This document shows positions 15,462 to 30,550 of a stretch of 64,000 nucleotides of DNA, piece after piece. The notes beneath the pieces are model-generated. The model did not search any database. It saw only the letters and a list, made by a program, of their open reading frames with translations, and was not told the origin of the DNA. How positions within the stretch are numbered: position 1 is the stretch's first letter; each line of letters opens with the position of its first letter. This DNA comes from Eledone cirrhosa (taxonomy: Eukaryota), in NCBI GenBank assembly GCA_964016885.1, contig OZ024745.1:110732001-110796000 (forward strand), read 5' to 3'. The translations under genes were made by a program, and so were the position numbers.

Positions 15462-15838
15462 TGTGTGTCTGTGTGTATATCAGCACAACTGTGCATCTAT
15501 GCACGTGTATTTATCATATAGTGTATTTATCATATAATCATATTTTATTAAATGCATATATACTCAACAGCTTGTAATAATTTTCATGCTTATCATAACC
15601 ATCACAATGTGTGTCTGTATATCAGCACAACTGTGCATCTATGCATGTGTACATGTATGTGTGTGTGTTCCAGCCCTTCTGTGACTGATCAGTTAGCTCC
15701 ATAAAATCAGAGAAATTACATGTCACTTAGTCACATATGACAGTGATTATAAGGTGTATTTATCATATAGTCATATTTTATTAAATGCATATATACTCAA
15801 CAGCTTGTAATAATTTTCATGCTTATCATAACCATCAC
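15462..15838. repeat. Local direct duplication (~140 bp) with an insertion in the second copy
   Basis: 'atcagcacaactgtgcatctatgca' and 'tcatattttattaaatgcatatatactcaacagcttgtaataattttcatgcttatcataaccatcaca' each occur twice. Confidence 0.85.
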
Positions 15839-16219
15839 ATAGGGATTAATATTGAATATAGAATATTGAATATTCCTTTTGTTATGGACATGCATAATCA
15901 ATGTATATAGTGGTATTATTATTACATTTGGCAGTGTTGCTCTTGAATATGTAATGTATATAATGTATATGTGATGTATACATATGTCCCATTCAATATG
16001 TGCATGTGTTTGAATGTGTATATCTATTCTTCTATCTATATGTGTATATACAGATATATATAGACATACACATGTATAGTTATATATATGCATAGATATA
16101 TAAATGTACATGTGTATGTATATATATATTTATTTATATATATTTATATATATTTATAGACATACACATACATATGTATATTTATATATATATATATATA
16201 TTTATAGACATACACATAC

Positions 16220-16288
<69 letters not shown>

Positions 16289-16403
16289 CATCATCATCAT
16301 CATCATATATATATATATAGAGAGAGAGAGAGATAGATAAATAGATAGATATATACACATATATGCATATATATATATATATACACACATATGCATATGT
16401 ATG

Positions 16404-16434
<31 letters not shown>

Positions 16435-16439
16435 GCATA

Positions 16440-16481
<42 letters not shown>

Positions 16482-16489
16482 TATGCATA

Positions 16490-16539
<50 letters not shown>

Positions 16540-16555
16540 TACACACATATGCATA

Positions 16556-16615
<60 letters not shown>

Positions 16616-16623
16616 TATGCATA

Positions 16624-16677
<54 letters not shown>

Positions 16678-16685
16678 TATGCATA

Positions 16686-16726
<41 letters not shown>

Positions 16727-17611
16727 TTTTCAAAATGAAAAATGAAAAGGATATATATATATATATACACACATATGCATATGTGTGTATATATATATAT
16801 ATATACTCACGCAACAAATTGTAGTAAGAATAACCTGTATTCACAATGTAATGTATAAGATAGTGTCTTGTACATTATCAACTTATCATAAAGTATCCTT
16901 GCATGGAATTCCCTCCTCCTATTTAACACATCTATTCAACTCTTCTAAAGAAATATGGGTACTTGTCTATAATAATAATAATAATAATGAAAATATTGTG
17001 TACGGTGCTTATCAAAAAGTGTATATATAGTACATAGGGTAATGTAGAAACGTCTATATACATTAACAATGTATATAAGCCCTCTGTTATCTATCATCAT
17101 CATCATCATCATTGTTTAACGTCCCTGTTCCACGTTTGCATGGGCTTGGACGGGGGTTTTCCCACTTGAGGCAAGAGTGGTTGTCTTGCTCGCATAGGAC
17201 TGTCTGGCGGGTTTTCTACAGTTGGATGCCCTTCCTAACACCAACCACATTTACAGTGTGGGGCTGGGAGGTTTTTACCGTGTTGCCTACACGGCCACAT
17301 TACAGCGTGGACCGTGTGTTTTTTTGTCGTGACACCTACACGATCTCATTTCAGTGTGTGTGTTTTTGTATTTGTTTATAAGTCTACGTATCTGCATAGT
17401 TAATTGTTTATGCATATCTATATATTATACATGCATATTTGCACATGTATAGATACCTGCACACACACACACGCTTCAATATATCGACATATTTGTAAAT
17501 AGATATTAAATGGATAAACAAAATGTGTGGCAATTGTGAAGGAATTTTAGTTATGTAAATACTCATACTTACATATATACATATATATGTGTGTGTATAT
17601 ATACATATATA

Positions 17612-17642
<31 letters not shown>

Positions 17643-17849
17643 GGATATATATATGGATATATATATATGGATATATATATATATATATATGGATATATAT
17701 ATAAATATATATATGGATATATATATATATATATGGATATATATATAAATATATATGGATATACATATATATGGATATATATGTGTGTTTGTTTGTATAT
17801 ATATATGTGGATATATATGTGTGTTTGTTTGTATATATATATGTGTATA

Positions 17850-17881
<32 letters not shown>

Positions 17882-17928
17882 CATACATATATATATATGT
17901 GTATATATATGTGTGTGTATATATATAC

Positions 17929-17972
<44 letters not shown>

Positions 17973-18009
17973 TTATATATATATATATATGTACATATAT
18001 AGATGTGTG

Positions 18010-18040
<31 letters not shown>

Positions 18041-18269
18041 CTATGCAAGCATGGAAAAGCAGACGTAAAAACGATAATTTTAAATATATATATACATACA
18101 CATAAATAAATATGTATATATACACACATATATGCACGCATATAAATATCTATATCTATATATATGCACAGACATATAAATATATACATATTTATATATG
18201 CAGACAAATGAATATATATCTCTATATATATGCACAGCCATACACACACACATATACATATATATGTAC

Positions 18270-18314
<45 letters not shown>

Positions 18315-18442
18315 AACACCCACACATACACATCCCAGCATGGCTGCTGTCTAATGATTGAAATATGTAAAAGTTTAACAAAAAAAGACTATGTGTATGT
18401 ATTCATGTGTGTGTGCGTATGTATATATATATATATATATAG

Positions 18443-18475
<33 letters not shown>

Positions 18476-18493
18476 TACATATACATATATATT

Positions 18494-18545
<52 letters not shown>

Positions 18546-18566
18546 TATATAAATATATATATATAT

Positions 18567-18748
18567 AACGAAGGAGGTGTGGTAAGGAACCGGATGGACC
18601 ATAACGCACTAGAGTACTCAATACTTAGTGTAGTAGAGTGGGTAATAGGAAACTATTTGACCCCGACGGCAGAGCTCAAGCCGTTTCGACGGCTATTTCT
18701 GGACTGAAATAGCCGTCGAAATGGCTTGAGGGGTCAAACATTTTCCTA
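18567..18748 (-). mobile_element. TA-embedded, 5'-inverted element with the 3' half of a hammerhead
   Basis: Minus strand: GAAA CGGC-ttgagctct-GCCG TC ggggtc; internal palindrome; TGAGTACT motif; same family as 34875-34960 and 62249-62417. Confidence 0.65.
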
Positions 18749-19553
18749 TATATATATATATATATATACACACACATTTATATATATATATATATATGAG
18801 CATACATATATACATATGAGCATATATATATATATACACATGAGCATATATATATACATATGAGCATATATATATACATATATATATGCACATATATATA
18901 TATATATGAGCATATATATACATATGAGCATATATATACATATATATATGCACATATATATACATATATATATGCACATATATATACATATATATATGCA
19001 CATATATATACATATATATATGCACATATATATATATATATATACCTACATATGTACTTATAAAGTCCAACTGTCTTTGCACATTACATACCTTAAAATT
19101 AACATTTTCTCAGTCTCCTGGGAATAGCAGCCTAATCCCCCTCAGTCTGCTGTTTTAAATGTGGAAAGGACATATTTAGTAACATTGTCCTAGTTATTCC
19201 TATAAAGACAGAATGGTCATGGCTGGAATGCTTTTTACCATTGTTCTTGACCTAACGTTAAATAACTACTATATTTTAGTGTATGTGAGTGTGCTATATA
19301 TATATATATATACAACATCCAGTCCTAAATAAATGAGGTTGTGTAGGTAACACGGTAAAAACCTCCCAGTCCACACTGTAAACGTGGTTGGTGTTAGGAA
19401 GGGCATCCAGCTGTAGAAAACCCGCCAGACAGTCCTGAGCAAGACAACCAATCTTGCCTCAAGTGGGACAATTCCCGTCCAAACCCATGCTAGCATGGAA
19501 GATGGACGTTAAACGATGATGATGATGATATATATATGTATATATAGATATAT

Positions 19554-19598
<45 letters not shown>

Positions 19599-19795
19599 TT
19601 ATATATTTATATATATATATATGTATATATATATGTGTGTGTATATACATAGATACCTACACTCCCCCTCCCCACACAGACACATGTGTTCTCCTGTTTG
19701 GCTAGGTGCGTGTATATATTTGTATGCTGGTATCCTTATATATAATTATCTTCCTTTTCTGCTGTGTGTGTGTGTGTGTGTGTGTGTTTGCATGC

Positions 19796-19853
<58 letters not shown>

Positions 19854-21534
19854 ACCTATTAGATACATGTGTGTATGTGTGTGTATTTATACATATATGC
19901 ATTTATATTTATATATAAACATACATGCGTACATTAAAAAATACATATTAATAGACATTTACTTGTAACTTTTTTTCTTTTTCTATTTTTACGTAACTTT
20001 TAGGTTTTCTTTACATGAACTTATATTTTAGGAAGGAACTGTATCATTCCTGATTATCTTTAATATAGCAATGTTGCATAAGGATGACACAGGTGATAAA
20101 ATTCTGATTTTATTCTGCTTCATCTTGCCTAGTTGACAGACCCCACCCTAAAAAAAATAAAAAATAAAATAAAAAATAATAAAATAAAATAATAATAAAT
20201 AAATATAATAAAATAAAATAAAAACGAAACAACAATAGCAAAAAAGAACAACATTGATTAATATTTTAATGCTGGAGACAGCTTTTACTTGTTTCATATA
20301 CATTACAATAAATAATATTTCACTCATTATTTTAGGTTCTGTTTCAGTTTCTTTACTTCCATCCATACTCCAAATATCAGTTCAGTGGTATTGATTTATT
20401 GTTGTTACCTGATAGATTTAATTATAGTCTTTGACATAGCATCATGTAAAATCCCTTAGACAGCTGACTTCCATTGGCATGATACTGACAAGTTGCTAGC
20501 CCTTCCCTCACCACTAACTTCCCCTTCTTCTTTCCCCAGGAGTATAATAACTATCCCAAGATATGGATTCACTTTTGCTATTTAATTAGGCATTTTTGTT
20601 ATTGGCTTCTCTGTTTTAGTTTTTATTTGTTTTTGTTTTTGTTTGTTGTTGTTGTTTTCCAACTGGACACTTTGCTTATTCGACCCCTTCTCTTGTCCGT
20701 TTTCTTTATATTATTTTGGTCTTGCCTGCTTCCATTTCCCTTACATTTATCATTATCTTATTACATCTTCATTTGTTATTAATTTCCTCAGCTATATAAA
20801 TTTCTTTCTTTATATATTTATCTATCTATCTATCTATTTGTTTGTTTATTTATTTATGTATCTGTGTGTCTGTTACGAAGAAGTGAAAGGATAAAGTTGC
20901 AGCTTGAGCTTTCACAAGAGACGGATGGAGAGAGATATGTTGTGTTAGGGAGATAGATGTAGTTTTCTCTTCTTTATCTACCTTTGATTTTTTACTATTC
21001 TTATTTTACATTTTCCTTTTACTTTTATCTTTTGTTTCTGGCAAACTTTCAGGAGTTGCTCATGACCTTCTGTACCATATGATGTCATTGACATACTTGG
21101 TATATTTATTGTGTTCTTTGGGTTTTATTCATAAGGGATTGTCTGGTGTGTGTGCATGAATGCGTTTGTGTATGTGTGTGTGTGTGAGCATGTGTATGTA
21201 TCTGTGTGTGTTGGTTTGTAAGTATATCTATATTCAGGAATTAGTTGTCTGTTAAGCTATTAAATTTACAAAACAGTGATGATGGTATCTGGCCTAACTA
21301 ACCAATGTAGATGTCAACACCTGGTCGACATTGTTTAACTAACTATCATGCTACAATGTTAATTTATATATCTGATGATACATTTGTTTCATTTCATTTC
21401 ATTAACAATTTCTTGGGTGGTAGACTTAATCAGTTAATCAGTCCATTGCGCAGTTTGACACCACCACCTGGAACTTGGGTTCCTTCAGTGGAATCAACGT
21501 TGTTACAAGTGTTCAGGCAAAGTCTTTGGTTTAA

Positions 21535-21754
21535 CCCGTTAGCATTTACATTACTCTATATTTACTATTGTATTTTCATGGTAAAGGCTTTACCTCATAA
21601 TTATCTCACATAATATCGAATCTATGAGATTTTGATATTATTTAATTTTGAGAACGATACCTTAACATCTGTGTGAGTGGCCAGTTATGGCTGATTTGAA
21701 CAGAAAGAGGTGAGAGAATTCTGGCCAGATATGGCTGGTTTAAATGCTAAAGGG
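21535..21754. mobile_element. piggyBac-like MITE
   Basis: TTAA on both sides; TIRs CCCGTTAGCATTTA / TAAATGCTAAAGGG. Confidence 0.75.
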
Positions 21755-22644
21755 TTAAGGATACCTTCTTCACTCTCTTCAAGCTCTTGTAAGACCCAGA
21801 AAAGGGTCATGAGTACTGATGTTTCCTCTTGATTATGCCATAAAAAAACTAAAAAAACTCCAGCCGTCTCATTACTATATTTCTAATGAAAGACACTTGC
21901 AATGATTTTCAAATAATTTTGAAAATAATCAAGATTTGGGGGGATGTAATAATATAACTAACTTTCACATTATTAATCTGGTGCTTGGAACATAAGTTAA
22001 ACTAGCTTTCTACATAAAATGATGGTTGGAAAGTCTTTAGATAAATATAAACACTTTCACATAAATTAACTCATTACTTTTCAGAATATTATTTTTCCAA
22101 TCAAAATATTAATAATTTTCAACATATGCTTCTTGAATCCTTTTGATATCAAACTGTCTGAGAGTAGCCACGGTTCTGCATTACAAAACTATTCATTTGA
22201 AAGTATTTATATTTATCTAAAAAATGTTCCATCGTAATTTTAGGTAAGAACTTTTGTTTGGTTTAATAATGGGAAAGTTATATTACAAAATCCTTCCAAA
22301 TTCTGGACTGTTTTCAAAATTATTTCAAAAGCATGTGAATTGTATGGAGTGTGTACCGAATGAAAAATTATATTTCTAACATTTTTCATATTTTGTCTAT
22401 AGGTGTATAAGAAATTTAGGGTATATATTTATTAATTTATATATATCTAAGTGATACTCCTGAGATTGGTTGTCATTTTAACTCTGAATCTATTAAGTTG
22501 AATATAGGTGTGGGCATGGCAGTGTTCTTAAGGTGTTTGGTTCCAAGCCACATGGTTTCGGTTTCAGTACCTTTGGATTGACAATGTCTTGTGAGGGGAA
22601 TATAGTAAATGGAATGTGGAAGCTTATCATATATATATATATAT

Positions 22645-22984
22645 CACATGGCTTAGTGGTTAGAGCATTGGCCTTGCAATCGAAAGGTTGTGAGTTCAAT
22701 TCTCAGACCGTGTGATGTGTTGTTTCCTTGAGCAAGACACTTTATTTCACATTGCTCCAGTTTACTCAGCTGTAGAAATGAGATGATAGGGACTGGGGTC
22801 CCTATCATTCCACTGCAAAGTGGTCGTGGAGGTGCCACAGCAAAAAAAGCACCCAGCACTCACTGTAAATGAGGTTGGTGTTAGGAAGGGCATCCAGCTG
22901 TAGAAATCAAGCCAGAATCAGTTCCCGTCCCACCCTTGCAAGCAGGGAAAAGCGGACGTAAAATGAAATGATGAAAATGAAATG

Positions 22985-22985
<1 letters not shown>
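22645..22985 (+). mobile_element. Full-length tRNA-CORE SINE with RTE-like (GAT)n tail
   Basis: A box TGGCTTAGTGG, B box GAGTTCAATTC, CORE-like 'ccttgagcaagacactt', internal hairpin ATGATAGGGAC-tggg-GTCCCTATCAT, family B tail; reverse copy at 37540-37880. Confidence 0.85.
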
Positions 22986-23015
<30 letters not shown>

Positions 23016-23424
23016 CATATATATATACATATATATATATACATATGTAAATATGACCATTGTTGCTCCAATTGGTCATGAACACTCAGCAAATACCCTA
23101 AATTGAACACCTGTGCTCATGACTCCTGCCAAAATATATATATACACATGTATGTTGTATGTGTCTGTGGTGTCTGTGTATGTATATGATATATATATAT
23201 AAATATATAGATATATATATAAATATATAGATATATATATAAATATATAGATATATATATAAATATATATATAAAAGCACCTATAAATGCAGTTGGCATT
23301 AGGAATGACATCCATCTATAGAAACCAAGCCAGAAGATCTGATCTAGCTTGTCTCATAATGGGGCAAGCTGTCCAACCCATGCTAGCTTTAAAAAATGGA
23401 CGTTAAATGGAGATCTGATGATCA

Positions 23425-23462
<38 letters not shown>

Positions 23463-23731
23463 ACACATTTATAAATCTTTGACAATATGATTATCCCAAA
23501 TGCGATAAATTATAGATTAGAAAACCAGATAAAACACCCCTATAGATGGAAAAAAGAGGCTGCTATTGAGAGTTAAACTTTGTTTCTCTTATACCATCTG
23601 TAGGGGTATTTTACCCAATTTTCTACATTATTATTCATTATAGCGATTGGATGCTGTTGCAGATATTTTCTGCATTTAGGTTTCCCACATTTCCAAATTT
23701 CAAATCACCCTGTAATTTGATAATTCATCAG

Positions 23732-23762
<31 letters not shown>

Positions 23763-23775
23763 TGTATATATGTAT

Positions 23776-23806
<31 letters not shown>

Positions 23807-23944
23807 CATCGAGAGATATTTATATATTAAACTAATATATTTCTTCATTGTGCTGTGGTGTTTGCTTTACTATATATGTGTGTGTGTGTTTGTGTGCATG
23901 AATATATATGTATGTGTATATATAAATATATTTATATATTACAT

Positions 23945-23986
<42 letters not shown>

Positions 23987-24078
23987 GAATGTTGAAGTGA
24001 CACAGGAGTTGATATATTAGGAAAATAAGAAATAGTAGAAAATGCTAATAGAATTTTCTCAAAAAAACAGAAATAAAC

Positions 24079-24131
<53 letters not shown>

Positions 24132-25006
24132 TTTCCCTCGTGTCTCTATTTGTGTTGGCACTGCTCAACAACTGTTAGATTTATGTCCTGTAAACCCTGT
24201 AACTTAGAGGCCTACGGGATATGAAAAATAAAAACTAAGGCCAATATGCTCAACTAAATAAACCCTTTCCCGATGGTGCACCAGCGTGGCCACTGTCCAA
24301 CCAACGACTGTAACAATAAAAGAGCAATAATGTTCAAAGTAGTTATTTATAACAGCTTTTTTTTTTTTTTAAATACATGTAAAACAATGTTTTTCTTCAT
24401 ATGTTAGTAATACAGTTTTTCTAAAATAGAATACTTTTTTTTAATATAAAGATGCTGAAGTTAACATTAACCCTTTTCTAACCACATTTCTAATGAAACA
24501 CACTGCATTTTGATTAATGAAGAATATACATTGGAAGATTTTAATCTAATTAGGAACCCTTTATAAAAAAATAATGAAAATTATTGTGTACAGTGCTTAG
24601 GTACACTACAACATAGATGGATAAAAGTAGTCAGACACACCTACTGGGAATTGAACCATACACCTCTCGTATATTAAGTGAGTGCATTTAACCATTACGC
24701 CAAAGAGTCCTGTGGGCTTTTAATAAAATCATCAATTATTTTATTATTCAGATAGTATTTGTAACAATGTAACAAAAGGTTCTTATATCAAATAATATTT
24801 CTAATAAGAAACTTTTAAAATAGGTGCTTTTGTTGCATATAAGTGTGTGAGTGTGTTTATGTCTCTCCCACACTTGCTAGCAGGAAAGTTGGCAGTAAAT
24901 GATGATGATGATGATAATGTAAATACACACACCCACCCATGCACACATATATATACATATATATATATAATAAAGATGAAATAAAGATGGTTATAAGAGT
25001 TCTATA

Positions 25007-25076
25007 TATTTTGTTATACGTATTTCGAATACAAAATCATCCTGCGACAGATGTTGTGTTCTCTTCAGATAAAAAA
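25007..25076 (-). ncRNA. Type I hammerhead motif, family related to the 7.5-kb element
   Basis: Minus strand: TTTTTTAT CTGAAGA GAAcACAA..TTGTaTTC GAAA TACGTA TA ACAAAATA, then 'gaactcttataaccatcttt' as in 7482-7515. Confidence 0.75.
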
Positions 25077-25257
25077 TAATATATATATATAACATATATA
25101 TATATATACACATATATATATATATAAATACACACACATGCACTTGTGTGCGTGTGCATATGGCAGTTATGGGGTGAATTACAAAGTGAAAAAAGAGTAT
25201 AATGATATTTATTTAAATTTGTCGCTACTCACTTTCTCATTATGCATTCAGTACATA

Positions 25258-25354
<97 letters not shown>

Positions 25355-25410
25355 TTACATATTTATATATGTGCATAGTATGTATCTATATATATATACA
25401 TAAGTGTATG

Positions 25411-25493
<83 letters not shown>

Positions 25494-25671
25494 ATATATC
25501 TATATGTGTGTGTGTATATATCTATATGTGTATTCACACTCACATTATTTGAATGAAATGCATAGTTTATAGTTGCAACTGTAAACTCATTTCATTGTTT
25601 ACATAGTTCTTTGAAGTAAGAACTATGTCAATAGCGAAAAATAGTTAGATAGCAAAAGTAACCACAGGAAT

Positions 25672-25674
<3 letters not shown>

Positions 25675-25728
<54 letters not shown>

Positions 25729-25799
25729 TTATATATATATACATATATATATATTTATTTATATATATATACATATATATATATTTATTTATATATATA

Positions 25800-25862
<63 letters not shown>

Positions 25863-25877
25863 TTATTTATATATATA

Positions 25878-25910
<33 letters not shown>

Positions 25911-25915
25911 TTATT

Positions 25916-25948
<33 letters not shown>

Positions 25949-25956
25949 ATATAAAT

Positions 25957-26035
<79 letters not shown>

Positions 26036-26038
26036 AAT

Positions 26039-26105
<67 letters not shown>

Positions 26106-26586
26106 TATATATATATAAATATATATATAAATATATATATATATAAATATATATATAAATATATATATATATAAATATATATATATATAAATATATATAT
26201 ATATAAATATATATATATAAATATATATATAAATATATATATAAATATATATATAAATATATATATAAATATATATATAAATATATATATAAATATATAT
26301 ATAAATATATATATATATAAATATATATATAAATATATATATAAATATATATATATATAAATATATATATAAATATATATATAAATATATATATATATAA
26401 ATATATATATAAATATATATATAAATATATATATATATAAATATATATATAAATATATATATAAATATATATATAAATATATATATATATAAATATAAAT
26501 ATATATAAATATATATAAATATAAATATATATATATATAAATATATATATATATAAATATATATATATATAAATATATATATAAAT

Positions 26587-26678
<92 letters not shown>

Positions 26679-26690
26679 ATATATAAATAT
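25675..26690. repeat. ~1-kb pure A/T microsatellite (TA with TTT/AAA interruptions)
   Basis: Direct reading. Confidence 0.98.
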
Positions 26691-27056
26691 ATAATTGTTT
26701 CTACTTTAGGCACAAGGCCAGCAATTAACCAGTGCATTACTGGTACTTTATTTTATCGACCCCGTAAGGATGAAAGGCAAAGTCAACCTCGGCTGGCGAT
26801 GAATTAGTTTTGCGAGCTTTTTTATATGAAATCGTGTGTCGAAACAAATATTGTTATACTTGGGGAGGGTCATATTTGTGTAATATTGCCAGAATTAATA
26901 ACAGAACACATTCACTGTTTGGTTGGTTTTCGCTTCTCGCTTCTGTGTCTTTTATATCGGTAATCTAATTTATTCAGTCCTCAATGTTGCCATTGACTGA
27001 CCGACAGTCAAAAATAATACAGATACAATATAGACACAAACACATATATATAGTTT

Positions 27057-27098
27057 ATCAAAGTTCTTTCGTTGCACATCTGCAACATCGTCAGTGGT
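27057..27098 (-). ncRNA. Possible decayed hammerhead
   Basis: Minus strand: ACCA CTGACGA t GTTGCA-gatg-TGCAAC GAAA GAAC TT TGAT. Confidence 0.5.
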
Positions 27099-27176
27099 GC
27101 TATTGTTTCCTCCCGTTACATTGTATGTCTACGCCATTTTTATTTAGTCTGTCTTACTCGTTCCTATATGTATATA

Positions 27177-27260
<84 letters not shown>

Positions 27261-27686
27261 GGAGAGGGGGGTATGTGCATGTGTGTATATACTATAAGTG
27301 TATGTATGTGTATATACTATTAGTGTGTGTATGTGTACATAGTATTAGTGTGTGTATGTGTACATAGTATTAGTGTGTGTATGTGTACATAGTATTAGTG
27401 TGTGCATAATATGACTCCTAACAATTCATAAGCAAATATTCAAGTTTACAGAGTTATGAAACTCATTCTATTAAGAGAAACCTCATGTAAATATTTGCAC
27501 ATGAGAAGTAAAGTTTCTACATTTAAATTGTTTATCTTTGTCTGTCAGTCTTATCTGTATATATATCTAGTCTGAATTTCTTGCATATCTATATTTCTTG
27601 TCTATTATTTTGATTGTCTAATCTATATTTATTATATCTGTTCTATTATATCTGTCTATCTCATTAACTATCTATATATCTATCTG

Positions 27687-27725
<39 letters not shown>

Positions 27726-27864
27726 GTCTGTCTATGTCTATCTATCTATCCATCTATCTATTTATCTATCTCATTAACTATCTATCTATCATAGCTTTCT
27801 CTCTATATCTGATTCTGTAGAATCTCTCTGGTATATCATTGTGTCTCTCTTGATATCTATCTAT

Positions 27865-28332
27865 TCCTATGTGTTATGGCTATGGTGAAAGAGGTTATAT
27901 GGTGGACGAGGTTAAAAGGGCTGAGGTCAGACACCTTTCTCTCCGGCGAGCAACTGATTCGTTTTTTCAAATATCATTTTGGAAGAAGAATCAGGATGGA
28001 AAGAGAGGTGCTGTACCCCAGCAAATTTTATAAAAGGTGGGTGAATGTGGCAAAGATGGCCCGTGTGGTTGGGCCTTCTCTCTATATAAGCCTGTAGGTT
28101 GAGGAAAAAGAGGAAGAGAGGAAGGGAGTACTCACTCTTGGTGCTCCTGGAGATGAGGGTTGTACATTTTTTCAGAGTGTGTACAACCCCTGTGCAACAC
28201 CTCCCCCCTATTGGGGATTTCAATTGTTATTTGTTATTGTATTAATAGTTTTATTTTCATATACCTGTATGTAAACTCTCCATTTGTATTTGTCCCCTTC
28301 TTTTGTGCCCTTGTGGCTAATAAAGAAATTTA
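27865..28332 (+). mobile_element. 5'-truncated Tx1/L1-type LINE (ORF2 C-terminus plus 3' UTR) within (TATC)n
   Basis: ORF 27876-28097 (..VKEVIWWTRLKG..FFKYHFGRRIRMER..FYKRW) resembles Tx1-group ORF2 C-termini; ends in AATAAAG followed by (TATC)n. Confidence 0.6.
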
Positions 28333-28393
28333 TCTATCTATCTATCTGTGTAACAGTCTTTCAATCTGTCAGTCTATCTATAATAGTCTATTT

Positions 28394-28443
<50 letters not shown>

Positions 28444-28795
28444 TCTCTCCGTGTGTACAAGTATATATTTCTAGTTTCAATTCAATATTTTCCGTAAATT
28501 TATCATCTATGCATCAATAGTATGTATGTATGTGTGTGTGTGTGTGTTTCCCTTTTGTGTCTGTGTTTATGTTTCTATATATGTGTGTTTACGTCTGCAG
28601 ATTTATGTGTGTGTGTGTGTGTGTGTGTGAGCTTGTGTATTTAAGTGTATGTGAATGTGTGTATATGTGTATAAATGTGTGTGTGCATATATATATACAT
28701 GTGTGTGTTTGTGTCTGTGTTTGCCTATTATGTTTGAGTTCCTATATGTCTGTGAGTGTGCATCTATGTGCATGCTTCCTCCTTCTATCCCCCTC

Positions 28796-28826
<31 letters not shown>

Positions 28827-29062
28827 AATTCAATTCTTCATACTATTCTTTTGTTTTTCTGTCTGTCTTTTGGTGTTGTAGTTGATGTTTTTTTTTAAAT
28901 TTTCATATTTGATTTCTCATTAAAAATCAAACAGCCACAAAGATGTAATCTCTTTAAATATTCATCCCCTCCGCCCCAGCTCAGCCTGGCCCACTTTCTT
29001 CACTGCCACCTATATCTCTAGTTACCTACCTTTTCAAGTTTTTCTGTCAGCCCTTTCCACAC

Positions 29063-29088
29063 TACATATATATATATATATATACATT

Positions 29089-29132
<44 letters not shown>

Positions 29133-29321
29133 ACATAATGTATATGTATATATATGTCTGTGTGTGTATACATAATGTATATGTATATATATGTGTGTGT
29201 GTGTGTATACATATGTGTATATATATATATATGTGTGTATACATATGTGTATATATATATATATGTGTGTGTGTGTATACATATGTGTATATATATATAT
29301 GTGTGTGTGTGTATACATATG

Positions 29322-29366
<45 letters not shown>

Positions 29367-29370
29367 ATAC

Positions 29371-29417
<47 letters not shown>

Positions 29418-29505
29418 TGTATATATATATATATATGCGTGTATATATATATATATATATATATGCGTGTATATATATATGTGTGTGTGTATATATATAT
29501 ATATA

Positions 29506-29554
<49 letters not shown>

Positions 29555-29563
29555 GTATATATA

Positions 29564-29614
<51 letters not shown>

Positions 29615-29657
29615 GTATACATATGTGTGTATATATATATACATGTATGTATATATG
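29063..29657. repeat. (TA)/(TG) compound microsatellite
   Basis: Direct reading. Confidence 0.97.
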
Positions 29658-29745
29658 CACCTTCTAATACTTGCTATTTCCTTCAACTTAAACTCTTTTC
29701 TCCACACTTTATTATTACATTTGTTGTTGTTTTGTGTTTCTGCAT

Positions 29746-29797
<52 letters not shown>

Positions 29798-30500
29798 ATT
29801 CTTGTTTTCTTTCTTCTTATAGTATCAGTAGAAGCCACAACAAAATCAATTACTCACAATTAGGAAAACTGATCTCTGCTTATATCCCATACTTGACCTT
29901 TTTTGTGTGTATGTCAGAGAAATACACCAAGTCTTCCTTCTCTGGCTAGTAGGCTGGTCTGGTCAGGCAGACTAGCAGACATTTATTGATAACTAATAAT
30001 CGCAGTCTACTCTTTCTTTTATTTGCCTTTTCTTCCATTTTTCTAGACCTCTCACTCACTCACTCACTCACTCACTCTCTCTCTCTCACTCACTATCTCT
30101 CTTTCTTATACACATTCTCTCGTCTCTCGTTCACTCTCTTTCTGTCTCATACACATTCTCTTGTTCACTATCTCTCTATCTCTTCTCTTTCCCTCATCTT
30201 TCTAGACCTCCCCTCCCAATCCGTCTCTCACTCTTACACTTCTCTTCCCTTGCAATTTTCTTCTCCTCACTTTCTTTCTTTCACTGATGCACAGGCATGT
30301 GCACACATACATGTACATGCATATGTGCATACTCCTTTTCCCCTCTCCTTGTCTAACGTTCAAACTAGTTATGATTCACCTTGTGCACGTATAAACCTCA
30401 TTCATTTATAACTTAATTCTCATGTATACATTTCTGTATGTTAGACTTGTGTGTGTGTGTGTATATATATATATATACACACACACATATATATATATAT

Positions 30501-30550
<50 letters not shown>

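Noticed and set aside
20520-21110. Acceptor-like polypyrimidine-CAG sites at ~20539 and ~21052
   Set aside because: No convincing donor and frame combination and no recognisable peptide; cannot be supported without transcript data
29734-29949. Poly-Leu/Cys/Val signal-peptide-like ORFs
   Set aside because: A (GTT)n microsatellite
29940-29980. Short hairpin tctggctagt..actagcaga
   Set aside because: Too short and imperfect for a miRNA precursor call
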